Shown: one piece after another, positions 23,841-35,799 of the stretch
Layout of the letters: each line of letters begins with the position of its first letter
How positions within the stretch are numbered: the first letter of the stretch is position 1
NCBI GenBank assembly: GCA_950097015.1
Contig: CATNEN010000034.1
Span: 2,914,001-2,978,000, forward strand
Length of the DNA: 64,000 nt
Direction: 5' to 3'
DNA from: Macrostomum hystrix
Taxonomy: Eukaryota > Animalia > Platyhelminthes
Notes under the pieces: model-generated
The model's database searches: none
What the model was told of the DNA's origin: nothing
The model's input: the letters and a program-made list of their open reading frames with translations, nothing else
Position numbers and translations under genes: made by a program

Positions 23841-25829
23841 GTAAAGCAAGTATAGTATCACACGGATTGTAAATTTGGGTGGGTAGGGCGGCTTCCACAG
23901 TCCTTACAGGACATTTAAGACGCTCTATTGGCTGCTCTTATGCTACTTTCCTACTGTTATGTTCTATTCGCATTCAAACAATACTCAAGATTGACGCTTC
24001 TTCTCTCGTCAGCTGGTTGATCCGTATTTAGAACTGGGCTACAATTTCCAGACTATCATTTCATTCATTCAGGTCATGTTTTATGTCACATGTACTTAAG
24101 GCAGATAACCTACTTTTATTGGGATATTGTATTTACTTTACAAAGACTTGCAGAAGTTAATAAAATGCACCGCATATAACTTATATTTGACTTCTTGTTG
24201 TTCAAAGCCTTGAGCCAGGGTTGTGCAAACGGAATTTCGCAAGCAATGTGTGCTATATCTTAAACATCTAAAACATCACATCTAATCTAAATGATAATCA
24301 AAATGAAATTTAATTTATAAGTAGATTTCTTCTGGCAGTTTTGAAATTTTAAAGCGTTTTGTGCTTAGAAATGCACAAAGTTGTTTTTTGTTTTAATAAA
24401 TTTCCAACTATGCACTATTTGGAACTGGAACTGGAACTGGTACCGAAAAAACGGTCATATTGAAAGGCTCTAATAACCTTTCACAATCCCCAAGCAGTTC
24501 GAATACGGAGATAATAGACTGGATAAATTGAAAGGGTGCGTAAATAGCGTAAAGGAGCGTATCATGACGAGGTTCGTGCAAAACTCAAACGCCACACGCC
24601 ACAAAGTTGCCATGCGTGCCTACAGGCTACAAAAGGCTACAAAATTATAGACCCGCGCGGCTGTCGTGTCCCTAATTTGGAGTCGGGACTTGCTTTTGGA
24701 CGCAGCGGCTATGTGTATTTTGTTTTATCCCTGGCGTCCCTTGTGTTTTTACTGCTCTTATTTTTAATACCTTTGCTTTCCCTTCCCAGCTCGATATTTG
24801 ATTCCTACTAAACTTCGCTTTTTATGTTGCTTTTCGTTGTTCATTTAAATGTGTTGTTAAAAAATATATATAAAAAAAAATCAGCACCCATAGATGGCGT
24901 GCGCGTTTTAATAATAACAATAATAATAATTCCGGAACTGAGGGGCACTGAAGCCGTACGTGTTATTATAATCAAGACACGACCCCGTTAAGGGTTACGG
25001 GGGCTGTCTGATATTAAGTCGGGACAGTTACTGCTTAAGGGTCTTACAAGGGTGGAAGTTTTGCTATTGAAATGATGATCGTCTGTTCATTCCAATTATT
25101 GATTTCTAGTGAATCAAATACTAAAAGTCAATACTTTAAGCAAACCATGCAGCGCGCCCTAATTTTCAGCGCTATACGAATATTCTGATCCCGCAAAACA
25201 TGCATCTCTTTTACATATTTTTCATTGACTGACGGCTCTTGGAAATGTATATAGGTTGTCGACGTTGGTAGATGTTTGCATTGACATTTTTATACCGTTC
25301 AGATCTACTACCGCCCACCTTTTATCAAACATTTGCTTTACCAAGCATATATATACCAATTTATGCTTGGTAACGTGATAATTACCAAGCGTATATCTTA
25401 TCGTACTAGAAGCTAATTTTACCGTTTTTGGGGCTTGTCCGAGTTATAAGCTATATATCAGGTGAAATAAACATGTAGAGGTAAATACGCACTTAGCTTA
25501 CACAAAAATGAAAACAAGCTCTGATATGCATCTGTTTTTAGATTTCTTTTTACCATCTATATCAATTGCATTAAGATTTTGCATTGCACGTTCGCATTTG
25601 CATTTGCAATACACGTGAGCAGGCATAATTGAAAATTATTCGTTACATATTTTCTGCCTGTATATTTAATAGTTTATATAAAGTATTATCTCATTAACAT
25701 ATGAATTATAGGTCGTGTGAAATAAAATTTAGAAGGCCGTAAACGAATGCTAGCAATTATTAGAAATCAATCAGTCAGTGTCGCGCTAAATTCTCTTTGT
25801 CGGATGCTTCTATGCAGCTACATATGTGG

Positions 25830-26570
25830 CGCCATGTTAGTGAGTCACTCCAAGCTCATACAATCGGTAAGGCTTTAAATGCAACAGGTGATGTACAGCC
25901 TGATCGCTGTCAAGCCGCTCGATAGGCCCGTTTTGAGTTCACGTCGAAAGGCTAGCTGGTGTTGTGCTGATGCCAATCAATCCGGCATTTCGCGTGGACG
26001 AGCTCGTATGAACAGCTAGAACGAAAACTTCAGGAACCACGGGTGAGGCGCCGACCTGACGCACCCTGCTGCGTTTTAAACAACGCCCGCTTCGCTGGAA
26101 TTAACGTAGACTTCCATCTTTCTCGGCAGCGCATCTGTCTTCCAGTTCAACCGTTTCTCTGTTTCGGCATGGTGACGGGAGACCTACAGGTGCTGCTGCG
26201 CTCCGCCAGCTTAGTCCATCCGCGGCTACTACTGACAACCGGAGGCGACTGCTAAGACAATCGGACCTGATCGGTGGTATTCGTACGGGCGACATTATTC
26301 ATTGACAAACGCGAAGTATACGGTCACGGCTAATCAGTCGAGATTGAGAACCGCTTGCACTCTCGCCCAAGTCTTGCTGAGGCACACGTCGTCCGCATGC
26401 CAGACTCTAGTGCCTGTGGGGAAGGGGCTCGGCGCCGCGGTGCGCTTCAAGCCACAAAGCAATCGGCAGGCTGCGAGAGTAAACACAGAAGACATGCGAG
26501 CCCACGTGCAAACCGGTTTGAATCACTTCAAGGTACCCTGATTTGTCCTATTCAGAGAACGAGAGATGAC
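25830..26570 (+). pseudogene. ACSF2-like acyl-CoA synthetase (AMP-binding/ANL family) pseudogene, frameshifted and internally deleted
   Basis: Motifs appear in canonical order across shifting frames: LAGVVLMPINPAFRVDELV*, KTSGTTG (P-loop), VLNNARF...RICLPVQPFLCFGMVTG, RTGDI, VEIENRLHSRPSLAEAHVVRMPD, AAVRFKP...EDMRAHVQTGLNHFKVP*. Multiple stops and frameshifts are present. Confidence 0.75.
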
Positions 26571-26732
26571 AATATTTGACAGCTTCAGTCGGGGTGCAAA
26601 ATATTAAACTGCAAGACTATCAATGAGCCCGGACAGGATTCGACTGAAACTGACAAATTGAGAGCGCTCCCCTTTGCCAGAAATATTTGAATAATACTAT
26701 AAATAGTTGATTACATTTGGTAAAAATCGGGC

Positions 26733-26832
26733 CAGTCTTGTTAACGGACACAATTTTTTCCAGTGGAGTCAGGAATCGAAACCCGACCTTTAAGAAATGA
26801 GTCCGACGCTCTAACCACAAGGCTACAAGCCC
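26733..26832 (-). mobile_element. SINE family B, head only
   Basis: The rc AGGGCTTGTAGCCTTGTGGTTAGAGCGTCGGACTC...TTCGATTCC matches the family B head. Confidence 0.7.
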
Positions 26833-27329
26833 TGATTGATGCTTGGCTTTGTTAAACAATGTTATAAACAGTTTTAAATTTGAAGCTTATCAGGTTTTAG
26901 TATTGAATCCTAGCACCATTCACATTGCGTTCAAATGATTCCGTTTTGGTGTAAATTCAAAAGTAAAAAGTACATTTAAATGACTTCTTCGGTGAGGATT
27001 CAACCTTTCGTTTTGTAAAAGACTCTCTGTTAATGATGTGGTAATTCTATCTAGTTATTTTAACTTAATGGTTAACAGTTTCATACGAGCGCGTATATTG
27101 TTAAAATATACCAACTTAAAAAGTACTGAATGCATGGGTTAATTGAGCGATTCGATAGAGAGTTTGCGATTTCAATGATTGAAGTTGCAGCGGACAGTAT
27201 TCGAGTTCTATCTGTACAACTTGTTACATTGTGACAACAGACGTTTTCTGAGTACTAACTGAGTGCGAATGTTTCGCCAGATTTTCTCTTCTCTCTTCCG
27301 TCAGTATTATACCAGCTAAATTGCTTTCC

Positions 27330-27640
27330 AACTGGCAGAGCGGAAAATTGTCGGCAAGAATTTATTCTTCAAAAAGAGCTAGCATTGCCCATGGGAACCC
27401 GGAGATAATCTCAGCATTGCGGCTGCGTTGATCAAAGCAAGCAATTTCTGTGCGTCTTATGTGCGGAAAATCTTTCGCATTCATAAGTTGCGTGTCCAGA
27501 GAAGCAAGACCAGTACGAATACTCCAAGACATACCAACTTTGGTTCAAGTCTACAGATATTTGCATATTGGAGCATCATTCAGTACCCGATCAGCTGAGG
27601 AACTGAAATACAAAACAGCAAAGAACAAGCCAGACTACAT
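27330..27640 (+). mobile_element. Possible decayed Penelope-like RT fragment
   Basis: KNLFF, LPMGT and WFKSTDICILEH lie in the order expected for RT motifs NYF.F, AMGS and RYVDD. Confidence 0.3.
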
Positions 27641-27850
27641 TTAACACAGTAGTTACATCAACCAAGCGTGAATTAGACCACTGACCGCTTGTACTGTTGT
27701 TTTATGGCTCTTAAATGCGAGAATGCAAGATATCTATAATACAATGGATGACAATAAAACACCTCGTTTTCGATTTCGGCTCGTCTGGATTAGCAAAATA
27801 CAAGCTATGATACATGCGTGAACTAAATCTTATAGTACCAGAATAAGTAA

Positions 27851-29315
27851 TTAGCAATATCGATAGTTGGCCAACTTAGCACTGTCCCCTGTGTATGCTA
27901 GCCGACTCTGCCGCTGAAGTTCTTTGACGCCGTCGTCGCCAAGGTGTCGACAATCGGCTGGACCGATTGTAAATGCGGCCGACCACCTGTTGGCCAGAAA
28001 GGTGAAATCGTTGCCCGAGGCTGCCGCGGAGTCTCCGCGCTCCAGCGCTCGGCAGCGCTTCCGGATGAACTTGCTCAGACTGCGAAACACGCGCAGCTCA
28101 GTGCGAAACGACGGCCCCTCCTGCGCCACGCGTTGCCAGAAAGTTGCATTGGCAGCTTGGTAGAGCTTATAGTCGACGGGACTCCAAGCTTGGTGAATGG
28201 CCACCAGATCAGGACGCTGAGCAGCCATTAGGCGAGGATAGCGGCCGATGTTTCGTGACACGAATAGAATGTCTTTGAAACTCCAGTTCATCAGGCGCTT
28301 CAAAAGCACCAACGAGTGCATGAAATAGTCAGTTATGAGAATGAGATCAAATTCGGCTATTATTCCAGCCACAAACTTGTCCGCGTCCTGGCCTTCGGTG
28401 TAGCCCAGGATGCGCGACATTGTGTTCCTGGTGAGGCTGTAGTTATTAGGCACGCAGTAGCGTTTCGCGGAGCGACGTGGTGACTGGTATTCGCTGTCGT
28501 AGCGGGGTAGGTCGCGCATGTACGCCTCAAACGCGTCCGGCCGGCCACCAAGTCCTTAATAAAGAAGCTACCAAGCGTTGTCTTGGACTGACCATACATT
28601 TTCCATATGAGAGTTAACCTTTCATGAAAACAGGCTCACCTGATATCTCAGCCATGTTGTAGTAGACAAACAATGACTGCAGCTGGCGAAATGGCTCTCT
28701 GAGGCTCGTGATGTACACGCACGGTTTGGCCATCAGTCCGTCCAGGAAGGATCGATTGTACACACACTGGTCCAGCAGAACGCTGGGTTGGGACACACCC
28801 GACGGAAGGACAATATAGTCGCGACTCAGCTGATTTGGCCAGCCCAAGTAGATCTTGTTTGGCAGTGGCATGGCAAAGCTGAGATGTCTGGACAGGCCGA
28901 ATCGACGCAGCATTGAGGTGATGGTTTCACTCGCCGACTTGATCACCTTCACGTAGACGAAGCTCTGCCGTTCCGTGCCTCGGCGACGCTTGTTATCGGC
29001 TCCCTCAACGGAGTCCTCGGCAAAGGCGGATAGATCGCTGTCGTCATCGGTGTCTGCCACCATCTCCAGCGGCGGCGGCGGCGGCGGCCGAGGTTGCAAC
29101 TGCGCACGGACGGCCGCCTCGATAAAACGCCAGACGCGACCGCCTCTGCTGGAATCTTTGGCAGCTACATGCGCTGTCTCGTAGCCGTGAGCCGAGTCGT
29201 CTGGTTGGTTGCCAAACCAGGTGGCAGCGGTGGCCAAGAGCCACAGGCAGGCGAGCAGCACGACGCTGCGCAGAGCCAAGCGCCTCACTGCAGCCGGATG
29301 AACGCAGCAGCGCAT
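27851..29315 (-). CDS. Galactose-3-O-sulfotransferase (GAL3ST family), type II membrane protein, about 459 aa
   Basis: Exons 29315-28640 and 28554-27851 are in phase (...EISG|LGGRPDAFEAY...). Features: N-terminal TM anchor, 5'-PSB-like FVYVKVIKSASET, 3'-PB YITSLREPFRQLQS, FDLILITDYFMHSLVLLKRLMNW and DYKLYQAANATFW. Confidence 0.9.
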
Positions 29316-29849
29316 CTGCAAATAACTTCAAATTTATGCTCACAGTTAGAGAATGTGAGGTTTGGTTGTAGAAGACAACGACATCTGGCTTAATAAACGC
29401 ATGTTGACACTGTATCTTATCTGAGTTATTTGAGCATCTGACTATTATCTGACTATTATCTCAGTGAGATGTTTCGAGAGGATGGTGAGGAAGCATGGCG
29501 TGTCACACGATGCGAAGCGATAAGGTTCTTGGAACTCAAGAGCGCATGACTAATGAAAAAGCTCTTCTCTTATTTTAAATTCGAAAAGATGCCGAGGTTG
29601 AAGAGTCAAATGAAAAAAATATGTTTATGTGCCGAGTGATACTTACCTTGAAGTGCGGTTACACTTTTACACTTAAATTTGACTGACGCCGCAAACAGAT
29701 TTGAACCGAGTGCATGTAGAACACCAGAGTACTTCCATATTTTTACGACACGTAAACTTACAGTCACGCTATACGCAATAGCCCGCGTCACACTTTTGAA
29801 TGCAGTAGGACTTCCAAATCCTATTCTCTTCTATTCTATTCCTATTCCC

Positions 29850-31000
29850 TTTTAAACTCTTTCTCTCTTGCTCTCTCCACCAAACATGCTGCTGCTCAGC
29901 TGTGTGCAGCACAGTGTCTGTAATTCTTAGATAAGCCCTGACTTCGGCAAGAAACTTGCCACACTGCAACTAAACAACTAAATAGCGTCACTTTATTGAC
30001 TGTACGAGCTAGCTCAGAAAATGTGTGGGAGCAATGGCATGGCCTTCTATGCATTGCTTCAGCTGAATGAGTCGTCAGTCGTACAGTGGCTGTGTTGTAC
30101 TCTGCTAGGGTGAGTGAATGGGCCAATTGTCTGTGTGTGGTAGCATTAATACACACTCAACCTAAGTAGAGAGGCCAGTGTACAGGCTGGGTTATGTACG
30201 GCGATTTAACTGCGCTTGTGGCTATTCTCTGGGCTCTCTTTCTGATTCTCTCTCTCTCACTCCTGATTAAACTAATCCACAGATTTCTGCTGACGTGTTG
30301 GTTTTGGTCTATCTTTAATCTCTTGAATGAACTCTCTCCAGTTGACACGTAGCGGATTCAAGGTTCAATAAAGCGATTCTCACTGCTTCTATGGGCCTTC
30401 TTTGCCACACAAGGAGACGGCCTCTTGGCGTTAATTGCATCCCAGGCAGACTTAGGCAATTTTTCGACGGAAGTGAAAAATTCTCGAAAACACAAGTGTA
30501 TCCCCGCCTTACACGTGTTCGGCTACCAGCAATGATACACTACACCTGTTCACAATGTCACATACCCTTACAATATAGGTCTAATAAGGATATCTTCCTC
30601 CCTGAAAATGGAGACTTCAGACAGGAAGGAGGAAATTTCAGAGTGCTCTTCAGAGCAACGTGCCGCCGTGCTGTATTTCTTTCTTTCATGCATCAGTGGT
30701 GTCTGCGGGTTGCAGCAATAGAAAAACACACCCACAAGTGCATATCTTCTTGGCGCTAGACATACTGACGAGAGCAGTGCGATGAATCCCCAGAAAGAAG
30801 GCCTGCAGAATTAGTCAATATCGCTACTCTCGATGTCTAAATGTGCTTCAGAAGCCTGTCGGCAATAAAGCGCTTAGTTTAGTAACTAGCGACGAAGGGT
30901 AAGCAAGTGTCTGCGAAAGATGAAGAGAAGCACTGAACCCAATTCCAGCAGTTCTTTATCTAGCTTTGGTCAAACAGGCCGCCACAGGCCAACCAGGGAG
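29850..31000 (-). mobile_element. Possible decayed LINE fragment
   Basis: Coding-like sequence broken by stops, with weak RTE-like words (KSAWDAIN, YNTATVRL). Low certainty. Confidence 0.25.
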
Positions 31001-31589
31001 CTCTTGTTGCCAAGTGGTTAGAGCTTCGACAGATAAGTCAGACGAGTCAGAAGGAAAAAGAACGGAAGGCAGATTGTGTCATAGCGCTTAATTCCCTAGT
31101 GGTTCAGTTAACCCGGGTAGAAACCAGTCCACGGACTGAACACTTGTACATAGCCTAAAATAAAGAATACATTTTAGGAATTGTTTCAGAACTGGGTAGG
31201 CTTCCTTTTCTGTACAACATACAGAAAATAATTATTCTGTACTGGGCTTCACTCGAAAATAGACAAGACTATTATCTTGAAATTAGTAAACGATTCGACT
31301 ACCTGACCACAAAAACTGTTGTCATTAATAGACTCACAGTGAACTTTAAAGCTGAATTTACAAGATTCTGGAGACAAGAAGTCTGTAATACTTTGCCCAT
31401 TTCTATTATAGATTCAAGAAAGACTTTACTACGGAGATATATTAAAATTTTATGCACTTTTTATCATTATTTATGAGGAGAAAGTATGAATTATCAAGGA
31501 AGTAGCATGAGTTATCGAGGGCAAACATAAATTGAGTGGGTAGCGTGATTTTGTCGAGGTATGACATGAAATATCGAACGGGTAGGATG

Positions 31590-32145
31590 AATTAACGAGG
31601 GGGAAGCATGAATTATCGAGGGAAAAGCATGAATTAACGAGGGGGAAGCATGTATTGACGAGAGGGAAGCATGAATTAACGAGGAGGAAGCATGAATTAA
31701 CGAGGGGGAAGCATGTATTGACGAGAGGGAAGCATGAATTAACGAGGAGGAAGCATGAATTATCGAGGGGAAGCATGAATTATCGAGGGGGAAGCATGAA
31801 TTATCGAGGGGGGAAGCATGAATTATCGAGGGGGAAGCATGAATTATCGAGGGGGAAGCATGAATTATCGAGGGAAAAGCATGAATTATCGAGGGGGAAG
31901 CATGAATTATCGAGGGGGAAGCATGAATTATCGAGGGAAAAGCATGAATTATCGAGGGAAAAGCATGAATTATCGAGGGAAAAGCATGAATTATCGAGGG
32001 AAAAGCATGAATTATCGAGGGAAAAGCATGAATTAACGAGGGGGAAGCATGAATTATCGAGGGGGTAGCATGAATTATCTAGGGGGAAGCATGAATTAAC
32101 GAGGGGGAAGCATGAATTATCGAGGGGAAGCATGAATTATCGAGG
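31590..32145. repeat. 21-bp minisatellite
   Basis: CATGAATTATCGAGGGGGAAG units. Confidence 0.95.
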
Positions 32146-34405
32146 AAATATAAAGAAAATATAAGAATAGTATTCAAGTTGAATATTTTTCATGATTTTT
32201 CTTCTCATTGCTTTAAAGCATGATTCTCTTCCCCCAAAGGGGGTCTTGGTTGCTAGTTATATACTATAGTTCAGTAACACAATAATGATAATATGAAATT
32301 AATTTGATGTCGACCTTTGTTGTTTTCGCTTTTACTTCGTTTACATTTATATTTATTTATTATTTCTGCTTTGTCTGGCTGAATGAAATTACGAGCGTAG
32401 TACGATGGTGACCTTTGATGGCCGGCCTTGTTCAAGAGTGCATTGAGTATATAGCTGTTATCCTCTATCTTCTAGTGGTCCTTGGTGACACAGTGACAGT
32501 TATGCATATATACTTGGGACCATGTCTTGTGTCAAAATTACAGACAGTAATTTTATATTACAGTACTGCATTTTACTGCACTTACAAACATAACATTTTA
32601 TGGCAATTGCTAAGTCTAATTTCCTATATTGAGGCTTTTCACGCTTATCAAGAAACGCTTGCTTAGAATAGCTTACCCACGAGAGACCAGTAAACTTAGA
32701 ACTGCTCTTTCAGTGGATTACAGATCGTGTCGAATGAGTTTGCCAACCCACTTCAATTAGGTATGCTCCTTTTAGCACCTTTTCTTCCTAAGCAAGCAGT
32801 TTGTCTCTCCCTGCGACTTTCCCTTTTCCTATTTCGCCCTATCTGCTTTCCCTACTCGCGACTAAGACTTAACTCATGATCAAACGTGGCTTTGAGGCTT
32901 CGGACTGAGTTAGCTAAAATGCGAGTAAGGAAGGAAAAATAGATGGGAGCAGCGGACGAGACTGAAAACTGTTTCCTCAGATGGGGGCAGCCAATCACCC
33001 AACCAGGCTGGGGAGGTGGGCAATGGAGAATCAGCCAGTTCGCTACATGATAAAACTGCGCGCTCACAATCAACCGCTCTCCTCAGTCGTCAGGAACCTC
33101 ATCCTCAGCCAAGCCCTGCCTTTTTGACGGAGCTGCCTGTACGAAGGTGCAACTCGCTGGCATAGAGCCGCATTCTCGGATGGGTCTCTGCCAGTGCGTG
33201 TGTCTATCCGAGAAGGCCGGCAGGCTGTCTCTAGACGATGATGTCAATAAGCAGCGCGGCGTTCAAGATGGCTGCAGCGACGCCAAACTGTGCCGCTTCC
33301 GACCATTCGAACAGGCTACCACCGGATGTACGGATGGCAAAGTTGGTCGCGATGTCAGATGGTATTGGCTCCATTTTTCATTTTTTAAATCTGAAAAGTA
33401 ACATTGAGTGGAGCAGTTGACCGTATTGATCTTACTCTTCGTATGCCAAGACACAACATTATGATTGTAAATTATATACACCGAAAGTTGTCATTCAATG
33501 GCAGGGTGAACGAGCCTTACTCGAGAACTGAGAACTACTTTATCCCTTTACTATTTCAGAAATCCAAAGCTTTTTCAAACCATAAAGAGTTTCCACGCTT
33601 CTTTAAACAGATTTAACTCGAAAAAGTCACAGATTTCAACTTGTAGACACTAACCACAACGCAAAGACTGTGTGAATGGGAGACTGAATGATCTGCTATT
33701 GTAACAGGGCTTAACACTCTATCTTTCTCTCTCTTAGTAGCGTATCACTCAGGCCGATCTTACTCCTTCTTTCTCTCTTAGTTCTGCATCTATTTCCCAA
33801 TATGCTTTAACTGCTGACCCTGAAAAGGGCCGTTTTAAATTTTCATGCTTTGCGATTCTTATCATCCGCGGGTCCAACACTCTAATGATAGTGACTCTTT
33901 ATAGCATGAGCGGTCTCCTTCAAAAGTGACTCCCGTGAACTGGAGGGTCACAGCCTCAAACTCGAACAGAGAAGAGAACAAACAAGTTGGAACACTTCTT
34001 CCAAGATCACTTTACTATTTCAGCACAACAGTATAACTGTATTATAGGCTTTTATGCTGCACTGGCAAGTTGATTTGTCTCAAATAAATTGCAATCGTTT
34101 ATATACACATAAAATGTTTGTTAAAGTGAATGAATTCGACAGAATATTCATAATATTTGACATATAAGCAATATTTAGCGCATTTGAACAAAAAGCATAA
34201 GTACGAATTTAACTTTCAAAAAAAGATGATAAAAGCATCCCTACTACACTATCTGAAGCTAAGAAGCTTAAATGTCGAATGGTCGACTTCACCAAGGAAA
34301 GAAAAATGTTTTACTTACAGTTAACAGTAGAAGGACCACAGGAAGGTATTTCAAAAACCCACATTTTTCTTTTTTCTGTATCTCCTAAAATTTCTCGCTC
34401 TATTC

Positions 34406-35165
34406 CAGGGGTCGGCAAACTCCGGCCCGCGGGCCAGATGCGGCCCTCGAAGCTCCCAAATCCGGCCCGTTGCCCCTTCTGACATCTACAGTGTCCTGTT
34501 TCATCTCTCTCGTGTCTAATCTCTCCCGTGTCTAATCTCTCCCGTGTCTAATCTCTCCTCCTGTGTCTAATCTCTCCCGTGTCTAATCTCCCCTGTGTCT
34601 AATCTCTCCTGTGTCTCATCTCTCCCGTGTCTAATCTCTCCCGTGTCTCATCTCTCTCGTGTCTAATCTCTCCCGTGTCTCATCTCCCCTGTGTCTAATC
34701 TCTCCTGTGTCTCATCTCTCCTGTCTCTCATCTCTCCCGTGTCTAATCTCTCCTGTGTCTCATCTCTCCTGTGTCTCATCTCTCCCGTGTCTAATCTCTC
34801 CCCTGTGTCTAATCTCTCCTGTGTCTAATCTCTCCCGTATCTCATCTCCCCTGTGTCTAATCTCTCCTGTGTCTCATCTCTCCCGTGTCTAATCTCTCCT
34901 GTGTCTCATCTCTCCCGTGTCTAATCTCTCCCGTGTCTCATCTCTCCCGTGTCTCATCGCTCTCGTGTCTCATCTCTCCCGTGTCTCATCGCTCTCGTGT
35001 CTAATCTCTCCTGCGTCTCATCTCTCCTGTGTCTCATCTCTCCCGTGTCTTATCTCTCCCGTGTCTCATCTCTCCCCTATCTCATATTTATACAATCAAT
35101 GCGGCCCGCTGTCGTCTTTTAGGTTCTCTCTTTGGCCCGCCAGCAAATAAGTTTGCCTACCCCTG
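34406..35165. mobile_element. hAT-family MITE with an expanded internal minisatellite
   Basis: TIRs are CAGGGGTCGGCAAAC and GTTTGCCTACCCCTG. A perfect 8-bp TSD, CTCTATTC, lies at 34398-34405 and 35166-35173. TGTCTCATCTCTCC-type repeats fill about 34490-35080. Confidence 0.9.
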
Positions 35166-35799
35166 CTCTATTCGATTAAACAGCTTCGAGAATCACAAAA
35201 CAGCGCCATCGTCGAGATATTCAACGGTTCTAGTCGGGGTGTCTATGCTTGTTTTCTCTCACACGTATTTTCCTTTGTGTGCGTGTGTGCTCGCATCTAA
35301 ATCCCACAAATATTACTATCTCCTTTCGAAGCGGTTTAACGTCAAATGGCTGCCTGTCGCGACCGTCTCCTGGGACGGATGCTGACAGCGATTGCAGCGA
35401 GGCGCAATGTCGGAGGCAGCAGAAGAAAGCCATGCTGTACGGCCTGCGGTCTATGCGGCCCATTGACGATGAGGCAGCGGTCGACCCGGACTAAACTTTT
35501 GTCTCCCTAACTTACCTTGCCTTTGCGCTCCTTTGCTGCTTACCTGATGTCCCAGCTACCTGCCCCTGCCCGCCAACTCAACAACAGCCCGCGTCTCTTT
35601 GACTCTCTCAGAATCTTTGCTAGTCGATTTTCCCGATAATTAAAAGCCTTTCGAGATTAATTCGTCGAATTTTCTGAGCAAATATTGTTTTTAATTTTTT
35701 TAAAAGGTATTCTAACACCGTTTTTGATGTACAAAAAGAGTAAAACAAAACAAACCAGAGAATGCATATCACTAGCACAAATTCACTCTACTAATAATT

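Larger units (their letters stand above)
21612..24458. mobile_element. 2.85-kb non-autonomous element with about 160-bp TIRs and an 8-bp TSD (Mutator/foldback-like)
   Basis: 21612-21770 is the reverse complement of about 24300-24458, with scattered mismatches. The TSD ATTGAAAG is at 21604-21611 and 24459-24466. No transposase ORF is visible inside. Confidence 0.8.
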
